Shown here in pieces: positions 54,251-64,000 of a stretch of 64,000 nucleotides of DNA (its first letter is position 1; the number at the start of each line of letters is the position of its first letter). A model generated the notes under the pieces. The model was not told the DNA's origin, searched no databases, and saw only the letters and a list, made by a program, of their open reading frames with translations. The stretch spans positions 43,152,001 to 43,216,000 of the forward strand of contig OX597819.1 of assembly GCA_951406725.2 (NCBI GenBank), read 5' to 3'. Made by a program: the position numbers and the translations under genes. Origin of the DNA: Octopus vulgaris. Lineage: Eukaryota.

Positions 54251-56215
54251 ATACAAACATACACCCCATACATAACGCCTGCTTATACAACAATAGAATG
54301 ATGATGATGATGATGAGGACAAACAATGTGATTTTGCAGGATTAATATATTTTTTTAAAATTGTTTGAAATGTTTACTAAATTAAAAGCCGTATTAAATT
54401 CCTACTTCAGTTTTATATGGAATAAATAAAGTTCTCGAATACTGCCTCATACACTGGTATTTATAATTTTCGTTTTAATATTTATAGCCTTAAACTGTAA
54501 TTGAATTACTCAATTAGAGATATAAATTCATCACGGATATACAATAAAAATGCTTTTAAAAAAACTGATGAGTGTGGCTTCGGCGAATATAAGTCGATCA
54601 AGTATGAAGGCAACGCAATTAAACAGCAGGTGTGAACTAGTCTTAAGAGCTACGGGGCCATGTTTACTTAGTAAGACATGTTTTGATGTATATCAGTATT
54701 ATTAATGTAATTCACTGGGTATTTTTCACTCTATTAATTCATTTAAGAGACCATTTGGAATTCTGTTACTTATAATATGCTGATATCCGCGGAAAGTAGA
54801 TACCCTAAGATGTAACCTAAAAATTTGGTCTGAAAAAACAAAATTCAATTTTTTTTCAGACAGTGCATATGGCGACAGAAGATGGCTGAAAGGCTAAACA
54901 GGGTCTTGGCGGGAAAATAATAAATCTTATCTTTCTGTTCTCAAAATTCTGTAGATACAAACGCAAACGTGTATTAATGAAACACCACTACACGAGACTA
55001 CAGAAATTAAAGATATCAGTTTAATGCAGAAAAGAAAAATATTAAAGCTGAGTTACTGAGCTAGCTCACTTCTTGCCCAAATCTTTAAGCGTTAAATCAA
55101 CATTATTCTCTCAGAAAAAGAGGAGGAAAAAAAAAGGGAGAGTGTGTGATTACTACTTTATCAACAGAGTGCGCGTCAATCTTTAGATCTTCCAATTTGA
55201 TGTCGGCGCCTCTTAACAAAAAAGACTAAAACAACAGCGTAAGATTCTCTCTCTCTCTCTCTCTCTCATGTGAGTTAAATAAAAGAAAATAAAAGCATAT
55301 AATATTTCACCATCGCAGATGTGTGGTCACAAGCCTAAGGTTAAGTATTGGCAAATTTTGCACAAAGAAAAATTGAAAGTATTTTAGATACATCTTCATT
55401 TTAGTGAAGGTGTAATAAATAAATTATACATATATATACATACATACATATATATATATATATAAAGTGTGAAAATGGGGGTGGAAGGAAGAAATTAAAG
55501 CAATGCGTTTCAGCTACGTGTGCATACACGAACAGACTGCATGCCAATAATACAAGATACACATTCAAACAGATATACATTCATGGTGGGTTACACCACT
55601 GAGAATAAAAATCACTCTACATACAACTACTACTATTACATTCTATTATCAACGGTATATATCTATTGACCAATTAGATTTTGCATGAGGCCGATTATTA
55701 ATCTAGTGCTTTTGCTGAGTCATTTGGCAGTTACAACCAAAATTAAATTCTTTATCAGGAGTTTCTATGGACATCAATTCCCAGGCTAAAGAATGAGTCA
55801 GGATTTTTAACATTAATACGGAGCTGTCAAGCTAATTGAAAATAATTTTCAGTGCCGAAGCAAGTAAATATAGAAACAAGAACTCGGATGCAAAATAAAC
55901 AAACATAAGCGTTATTGTATGTAAGATATGAAAATGAACAATTGGTTACGAGTATTTTTGTCTTTGTGCATATGAGAGAGAGAGAGAGAGAGAAGGCAAA
56001 AGAAGAAAAATAAAGATATTAAGAAAAATTATATATCAAAAGGTTAAATTAAAAAGGAAGAAAAAGATTAAAATCCACAGAAACATTCTACAGATCTCTG
56101 TGTTTAGTAAACAACAGTTTCTACTATTTTCATCAAACATTTTTCTAATGTATGTAAACACACAGACACACACATTACTCTTGCCACACATAACAAATTG
56201 CAAACCACACTCGAT

Positions 56216-56250
<35 letters not shown>

Positions 56251-56253
56251 CAT

Positions 56254-56297
<44 letters not shown>

Positions 56298-56322
56298 CAT
56301 ATATATATATATATGTGTGTGT

Positions 56323-57062
56323 GGAGGCGCATGGATCACTGGTTATGGTGTTGTATTCATAACCGTAACGTTGTGGTTTCGATGCGTTGTATTCTTGAGC
56401 AAAGCACTTCATTTCACCCATTGCTCCACCCAGTAAAAGTGGAGTAATCCCTGCGACGGACCGGCGTCCCGTCCACGAAAATTTTTTTTCCCCACGAGAG
56501 TACCGGACCCCGGGTATAAAACTCATTTGCATACAGCCAATCAGAGCTCAGCTATCAAACTAATTTATGAGCGCATAACAAGTGATGGGCGATACGGTCA
56601 CTTGGGCAAGGAATGACCATGCTTCTTTTCACTTTTAATAATGCTTGTTGTTCTTGTTCTTGTTACAACCATGGCTGCCTCTGCGTAGTTATTTGTGTTG
56701 TTGTTTACTTTGTAAAGCAGTAAGGGGAGAGGGTTGCGAGCACATTAACCTCTATCCACATCTTTACCCTATGGGGCCCTAAAAAAATCCGATAATAGGT
56801 ATAGATGCAAATCTATCTAATTACGTGTCTCCTAAAATCAGGCATAACTTGGCGATCTGTCGACTTAGAACCCCGTTCTTCGTCTCGAGTTTACTTGGTA
56901 GAGTGTATTTGTTAACCTGACACGGTCAAGGTGAACTCTGGTTGGCTGTATGCAAATGAGTTTATTACTGGGGTCCGGAATTCTCGTGGGAAAAAATCTC
57001 GCGTCCCGTCCAGGGAAGACTATATATAAGCCAGAAAAACTTGGAAACCAGGACTTTGATGC
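56323..57062 (+). mobile_element. tRNA-derived SINE family C (V-domain-like ccctgcgacggac.ggcgtcccgtccaggg) split by a MITE
   Basis: Head ggaggcgcatgg..cactggtt...ggtttcgat. The V-like segment is interrupted at cgtcccgtcca and resumes with gggaa. Confidence 0.65.
56476..57001. mobile_element. 526-bp MITE with ~72-bp TIRs and an 11-bp TSD (MULE-like)
   Basis: TSD CGTCCCGTCCA at 56465-56475 and 57002-57012. Left TIR cgaaaattttttttccccacgaga.t.ccggacccc..t.taaactcatttgcatacagccaa.cagag.tca is matched in reverse at 56932-57001. Confidence 0.85.
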
Positions 57063-57149
57063 TTACCGAGTAATGTAGACTACCCAGCCCATACATATAT
57101 ATATACTTACATACATACATACACACACATAAGCCCGGGATCGCGTAAT

Positions 57150-57520
57150 CGTTTATTTCAGTCATTCGTGGCCATGCTGGGGCACCGCTTTGATGAGTTT
57201 AATCAAACAAATCGACGCCAGTACTTTTTTTTTCCTAAGCCTGGTACTTATTCTATCGGTTTCTTTTTGCCGAACAGCTAAGTTACGGGAAAGCAAACAG
57301 ACCAACACCGATTGTCATGTAGTGGTTGGGGACAAAAACAAACGCACGCACGCATACGACGGGCTTCTTTCATTTTCCGTGAACCAAATCCATTCACATT
57401 GCTTTGGTCGACTCGAGACTATAGTAAAAGACACTTGTCGAAGGTGCGACGCAGCGAGACTGAACCTGGAACTATGTGGTTGGGAAACAAACTTTTTATC
57501 ATACAGCCAGCCACGCCTGC
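57150..57520 (-). mobile_element. SINE family A, diverged and near full length
   Basis: Reverse similarity to 13456-13880. Confidence 0.8.
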
Positions 57521-57596
57521 ACAGACACATACACAGACACTATACAGAGAAGTTCCTGACATAGTGCAGAGAAGAGACGGTACAGGTTAAAACCCA

Positions 57597-57817
57597 GTGA
57601 GCTAGCTGGCAGAAACGTTAGCACGCCGGGCGAAATGCTTGGCGGTATTTTGTCTGCCGCTACATTCTGAGTTCAAATCCCGCCGAGGTCGACTTTGCCT
57701 TTCATCCTTTCGGGGTCGATAAATTAAGTACCAGTTACGCACTGGGGTCGATGTAATCGACTTAATACCTATGTCTGTCCCCTCTGTGTTTAGCCCCTTG
57801 TGGGTAATAAAGAAATA
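57597..57817 (+). mobile_element. SINE family B, young, 18-bp TSD
   Basis: TSD GGTACAGGTTAAAACCCA at 57579-57596 and 57818-57835. Confidence 0.9.
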
Positions 57818-58607
57818 GGTACAGGTTAAAACCCAACTGACACCGGTTACAGCACATCACATATTTTATTTATTAAGCCGAAGTAAACACGAACTTATCC
57901 GGGGAGTGGTGAGATTCGAACTCAGATCGTTCACGGGGGCAAACCACATGCACACACAAAATTACACCAGGCATTCAATCCTGACACTCCACCGTTCGTT
58001 CCTCTTACCGGACTGTCTTTAATGAAAGTTGATACACACACTTTCGTCGCAAACATCACAGCTCAAAACCTGAAGGAAATGTGACAGTTTCCGACAGCAA
58101 TCAACCGACATAATCTAAAACGGTTAAATAGCCAAACACGTTAATCATAACAGCACTGCAGGGGAACAGTAATCTTTTTAGTCTTCGAATTCCAGTTGGA
58201 ACCAATCGTATATATATGTGCGTGCGTGTGTTGTGTGAGTGTACAAACACACGCGCGTATTTATTTATCTAGCCAAGCATTTTACATTCTCGCGTGTGTA
58301 AAATGGTGGCTAGTTTCTTCTGTTTGTTTGTTTTTTTTAAATGCAGACTTGTGTCTGGTTAACAATAACTTTGTCCTGGCTGTGCATCTTTTTTTTTTTT
58401 TATTATACATATCATGTAACATATGTACTGATTCGGGGAACCTGTGTACCAAGTTCTACGTTCGTTCAACCCACGTTCAAGGTCATGTGGCTCGTAATCC
58501 AATCCGCAGGAAGTCCAGTCTCGGTGTAATGGACGTTAGATACAAACCAAATACACACATTACCTATGACAACATTGATTCAAACCTTTAAACAAGCGCG
58601 CGCGCGC

Positions 58608-58643
<36 letters not shown>

Positions 58644-59022
58644 ATACTCCAATCACGGGTGAATATTTGGATGTATGTATTCTTGTGAACGTGAAAGCGG
58701 GCCCAGCAATGAGCATGTATATTCAAGACATTAACTTTTGGAGTGAACTTCCTGGTGCTAATTTAAAATTCATAATTACCAAATTGTTAAAAAAAAAGAT
58801 AAATAAAGCGACATCCCAGCGAAAGCTGCAAAAACTAGAAAGACTGGAAGTCTCGCAATACAAAAATCTCAGCCTTCCCTTGAAATCAAACTCCCAACAT
58901 ACAAACACAACCCGCAACAATTATTTTACCCCAGCTGGCTCAGTTGTTCAAATCACCTTCCAACAGTCCACCAATTAGCTCACAGACCTGAACATAATTT
59001 AAACTTTACTTTGACATAATCC

Positions 59023-59099
<77 letters not shown>

Positions 59100-59486
59100 A
59101 AACAAAACTGTTGTCTGTTCAAATAACAACTCCCTCCCTCCCTTGATATTTAGGTATCTGCTTTTGTTGATTTAGCCACGGTCAGAACGGCTGTTTTAGC
59201 TATTTTGTTCGCTGTTCAGGCTTAACCTGAGACATTTATTAGTCGTGACTTTTTTGTGTGTTGAACTGATTTCAAATCTCATTCGAGACGATTCTGCCCT
59301 TCGTCAATCCAGGGACCGTCAAAAGAAGAACCAGTTAAACAATACTCTTGTCGATCTAATCGCTCACACCCCAAACACACACGCATAACTCGGAGTGAAC
59401 CTATCAATAATGAAGCTATAATGATTACTGGAAACAGCTTTCACATTTACTGAAATAAAGAAAATATACAATGACCATTCTTTACA

Positions 59487-59527
<41 letters not shown>

Positions 59528-59529
59528 CT

Positions 59530-60320
59530 GTCGGACTCAATCCCATGACACAGCATTTTAAGCAAATGTCGTCTAAGTTCTTTTCCGTTTGAACGGCAGT
59601 TTTTTCTAGCGGTGTCATAGGAAATTGTCACCCATAATTATGACCCTAGTATCGATCTATTGCATTTCTATCTGTTTTAGGGCTAGGGTTAGAGGTGTGG
59701 GGGAAGGATATCTTTTTTTCTTCAGAAATGTAAATAAACCCAATCTGTTTCTTAAACGAGGGACATATTCATACGGCACAGAATGTTTTTCACCTCAATG
59801 GACGTAATTGATTGGTTGAAATTGCAGAAATTGAAGAAGACAAACAACAAATATCTTACAAGCTATAGAATTTTCTCAATAAAGCCAAGGGAAAAATATG
59901 TTTTATAAACACATTCTACAAGTATACGAAGTTTAAAATTTTTTAGTTACCTAGAAATTGTTAAAAACTGCCGTTCAAACCGAAAATATCCGTCGTCTGT
60001 TATAGCCTCGGGACCGACTTATGTGTTTTGTGACTGAATTTGGTAGACGAAAACAGCGTTGAAGCCCGTCGTGTATGCGTGTGTGAGAGAGAAAATAGGA
60101 GGGAGTTCCCCCACCGCCATTGCTTGACAACCGGTGTGGGTTTGTTGACGTCTCTGTAACTTAACATTTCGTCAAAAAACACGATAAAATAAGTACTAGA
60201 CACAATTTCTTTGTTAAATGAATAAAATAAACACCGGAGGGAGGGTCGATTTGTTCGACTAAAACCTTTCAGGGAGCTGCCGCAGTCCTATGATTGAAAC
60301 AAGTAAAAGAGAAGAGAAAA
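59530..60320 (+). mobile_element. SINE family A (diverged) split by a MITE
   Basis: ggactcaatccc...gcaaatgtcgtct|...|ttatagcctcgggaccgac...ttggtagacgaaa...gaaacaagtaaaagag. Confidence 0.75.
59576..59991. mobile_element. 416-bp MITE with ~29-bp GG-starting TIRs and an 8-bp TSD (Merlin- or hAT-like)
   Basis: TIRs (a/g)g.tcttttc.gtttgaacggcagttttt / aaaaactgccgttcaaaccgaaaatatcc. TSD GTCGTCTA (59568-59575) / GTCGTCTG (59992-59999). Second copy at 63778. Confidence 0.85.
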
Positions 60321-60838
60321 TCAAAGCATAGTTTTAGGGAAATGATGGCAGCAAAAACTACAAAGTGGAGTTGAGTTGAAGTTTGTATGAGGATTGGGAA
60401 GAAGAACCTGCCATTACAAGAATGTCTCTTCGTCTGAACGCGAAGAGATTTTCTATAGCCAATCCCTAGCTTTAAGCAGTTCCTTAAACTACTGAACCCA
60501 AAGGCCACAAGTTCAAATCTGAAGTAGGGATTGCTCTCAGATCACATCTGCAGCAAATTTCATGCAAGCAAAAGAAAAAGAAAATCGAATTCTATATCAG
60601 GAAGCAAAAGAATTTTTTCCTATCTTTTTTTCTAAAATAAAAAATAAAATAAAATAAGACAAAAATTTGGCTATCCCCCCACCCCCCACCTTTAATCGTT
60701 ACTTAATGCGGGCATGTGTATTAATCTCATCTTTTGTGTTGAAACATTTATTAAAAAGACTGCAGGAAAAAATCTCTCACTTGTCTCTCTCCTTTGACTG
60801 CAGGGAAAAAGTTCGCGCAGCAATTTTACAATCGGGGT

Positions 60839-60958
<120 letters not shown>

Positions 60959-61353
60959 CAACAATAATTGCCTTGACAGTTGTTTGGAATATGTGTTATT
61001 ATTGACTTGGATTATCTCACCATGTCACGGAGCTTAGTGTAATTGGGTTAGCACACCAGTAGTAGCCCTCACACACAGACACCACCACCACCACCACCAC
61101 CACCGCAAGCTTTCTTTACATTCCTCTGTGGTGTGTTTTGTGTTGTATGTACTGCAGCCTTTACAACACAGTTCTTACAAGACGCGCGAGCGCGTGTGTG
61201 ACTACACTCCGTCCAATTCGTCCAGATAACAACAAAGAAACAACATTCGATTAGTTATTTTAAGCTCCACGGGCAATGTGGAAATAAAAACTCTAGATCT
61301 TGTGTGTTGTTGTGTAGCCCCCGACGAGCCTTCATCGAGCGAATACCTGCTAT

Positions 61354-61547
61354 GCTTTAAGGATATCGCGAAACGCCTAGTTGGAGGCCCAACTTTCATA
61401 GTTCTTTTACAGGGCTTAGAAAACTGAAGGACCGCAGCAATAAGTGAGTGAATTTGAGAGGGGAATACGTTGGATAGAATCATAATTAATTGATTCTCCT
61501 GTATATTCTTTTACCCAAAACCAGGAACTTTTCAGCACCCCTTAGTA
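61354..61547 (+). mobile_element. Non-autonomous mariner fragment (right TIR plus transposase C-terminal remnant)
   Basis: Right end ccaggaacttttcagcaccccttagTA. Preceding sequence encodes ..KLKDRSNK*VNLRGEYVG, resembling the mariner C-terminus (KLxxRWxKCxxxxGxYVE). Confidence 0.7.
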
Positions 61548-62159
61548 CTGTGCACTCCGAAAAGACCTTTATCGTACTGAGTACATATTGGCACTCTACC
61601 CATTTTGCTTTTCCTCCAGTCCTGGTCCGTTGGTTTATTCCTGTAAGTTCCAGGTTTCCATAGCAGAGAGGGGCAAATGAATTGATTGTGTATCCTACCA
61701 TAGTTGTCAAAATTTCAACATCTACATAGAATTCGCTGAAACACATATTTTGCGACTGGATGTCCTTCCTGTTGCCAACTATTTTTGTGTTTCCAACCAA
61801 GATAACGTCTCCCTATAGCCGGACTTGCTTTTCATAGAGAACTGGAAACGAGGGATACTGCTTGTATTATGGTAATGCTAGCATACAACTTATCACGTGA
61901 TGTGAAGACAAAGTGGTATCCTCACACACACCGACACAACAGGCTTCTTTCAGTTTCCGTCAACAAAATCTACTCAAGTCTTCGGTCAGCTCAGGGCTAC
62001 AGTAGATGACACTTTCCTGAAGTCCCACGAAGTGGAACTGAACGCGAAACCATGCGATTGGAGAACAGGTTTCTTGGCTACACAACCATGCTAGCGTCAC
62101 AATAGCTTGTCTTTCTTTTCTGTTCTTTTTAAGGGAGAGATAGGACCAATAAACATGTT

Positions 62160-62372
62160 TGTTTCAATTTTTGGCCCGAGGCCAGCAGTTTCAGAAAAGG
62201 GTTAAGTCGATTCTTGATCCCCCAATTTCAGCTGGTACTTATTTAAGCAACCCCGAAGTGATAAAAGACAAAGCCAGCCTCAGCGGAATTTGAGCTCAGA
62301 ACGAGCAGATGGATGAAATGCCGCTAAGCATTTTGCCCGGCACGCTAACGATTCTGCCAAGTTCTCCGCGTT
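62160..62372 (-). mobile_element. SINE family B copy
   Basis: gctggtacttattta...cagcggaatttgagctcagaac...gctaagcattttgcccggcacgctaacgattctgcca. Confidence 0.8.
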
Positions 62373-62419
62373 GGGACCAATAAACATATTGACACTGATG
62401 TTTAATTTTTATGTTTATA

Positions 62420-62924
62420 CTAGCAGTATCGCCCGGCGTTGCTCGGGTTTGTAAGGGAAATAACTATATAAGCATTTTTAGAGAGTTACTTCCCTTATAG
62501 ATGCCAATTCGGGCTTTCTTAGCCATTTCTGTTTTGGTGTCTTCAAGCCATGAAGTCGTTGTTCTAAAAGAACGCTGGTCTCCTTGACAACGCTTTACGA
62601 CGTTGATTTCCTTACACTCCCTTCCCCACAGCTTCACGAGGGAGGGAAGAAGGGGGAGAAGCAAACAGGTGCAGGTGTGACCATGGACGCCAACTCCGCC
62701 GCCATCGACACACGAAAAATTATGCATTAAAATGGAATAAAAAATGATGTTAAATTATTTTTAAAATCGTAGACTCATGCTAATAGCCAGACGGGCTTGA
62801 TATTAATCACGACTATAAGATACCCGAATTTGGTTAAACTGCACCGCAAAATGTGGGAGGAGTTAGGAATCTAAATCGTAGGAGACAGACACTCACACAA
62901 CTACAGTTTTTATATATATATATA
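62420..62924 (-). mobile_element. Non-autonomous Helitron
   Basis: Minus-strand 3' end CCCGAGCAACGCCGGG hairpin (62432-62447), 8 nt, then CTAG|T. The 5' end merges into TATATATAAAAA. No TIR or TSD. Confidence 0.8.
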
Positions 62925-63777
62925 TCTTCTCTTTGTACTTGCTAAGACTGAATTGGCGAGTCAATATTTTTAAGTCAGTGCTGTACGAGGTGTTTGCAGT
63001 GCTTGAAGTTGTATTCCATTTGGTTACCAATTCTAAAGACCATCTTATTTTCACTAATTGAGATCGACTTCAATCCAAATTAATAAAAGACTTTCGCTTT
63101 TTTCTTTTATTTTTCATTTTCTACACAGTTTTCAGATAGTTCTTTATATTAGATGTTTCACATCTAATATAAAGATGTTATATTGGGGGAGGAGTGTGAC
63201 GCAGGTGGGATGGAGTGGGATGCAACAATAGAATTCATTGTATAAAATAAAACCAACTATAAAGGCCGGGGATTGGTTTGTTCTGAAGTCACTTTCAAGA
63301 TTAACTTTGTAAAGTGTGCTGCTGCCACGATACAAGCACATCATTCCAATTAGAAAGAAAGGGTGTGTACGTGAATGTGTGAGTCTGTGTGCACGTGTGA
63401 GAGACACACACACGGAGAAGACAAAAGGTTGTAAAAGCAGTCTGTTATCAAATATCTCACTTAAGATAAACGGAGTGATAAATTCATTCACTAAATTGAT
63501 AAAAACACTTTGGCGGGGGAGGGAGGGAGGGCATCACAGCCACAACATTTCATTTCACAGTGTTTTGAATTCGTGGTTTTGCACTTATGAAAAAAAAAAA
63601 GAAAAAAAAAGGAAAAGGAAAACCAGTGTTCAAATCAAGCACATTTCCAGTGATCAGAATCTGCGATGCTCGTTCACAGCACCTGTGCACGTTGATATAT
63701 ATACATATATATTGGGGGGGGTAAACACCACAAACACTCGTAACAACTCTTCGTTATACATCTGGAGTCCAGTACTC

Positions 63778-64000
63778 GGATCTTTTCGGTTTGAACGGCA
63801 GTTTTTTCTAGCGGTGTCATATGAAATTGTCACCCATAATTATGACCCTAGTATCGATCTATTGCATTTCAATCTGTTTTAGAGTTAGGGTTAGGAGTGG
63901 GGGGGAGGGTATCTTTTTTTCTTCAGAAATGTAAATAAACCCAATCTGTTTCTTAAACGAGGGACATATTCATACGACACAGAATGTTTCTTTACCTCAA
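63778..64000. mobile_element. Second copy of the 59576 MITE, cut off by the window end
   Basis: ggatcttttcggtttgaacggcagttttttctagcggtgtcat...; near-identical to 59576-59800. Confidence 0.9.

Noticed and set aside
54564-54600. CTGATGAG...CGAAT hammerhead-like motif
   Set aside because: GAAA box is mutated and there is no convincing stem I or stem III.
63316-63882. 188-aa ORF
   Set aside because: Non-ATG start, low-complexity content, and it runs into a MITE.

Overview
AT-rich eukaryotic DNA full of microsatellites and interspersed repeats. The recurring SINE families look like those of coleoid cephalopods (probably Octopus; inferred from recognising the repeats, not from a search). Nearly all listed ORFs are microsatellite or SINE artefacts. 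Host-gene evidence: one convincing minus-strand first coding exon missing from the ORF track (10408-10492), encoding a signal-peptide-like MGIFFWILLSWGVIPLGNAIIVQDPLSG and ending at a phase-1 GTAAGA donor. CpG-poor DNA (about 1-45 kb) gives way to CpG-rich DNA (about 45-64 kb), which suggests a large minus-strand gene with its promoter near 46-49 kb. The rest is transposon content: several tRNA-derived SINE families; Tc1/mariner, HERO-like, R4/Dong-like and Penelope-like remnants (one with a minimal hammerhead ribozyme, one with an inverted terminal structure); a non-autonomous Helitron; and several MITEs with readable TIRs and TSDs, many nested in SINEs. No previously undescribed system can be claimed with confidence. 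The best leads are the orphan signal-peptide gene, the hammerhead, the promoter-motif-bearing MITE with an 11-bp TSD, the SINE-containing mariner MITE and a duplicated 50-bp hairpin unit.
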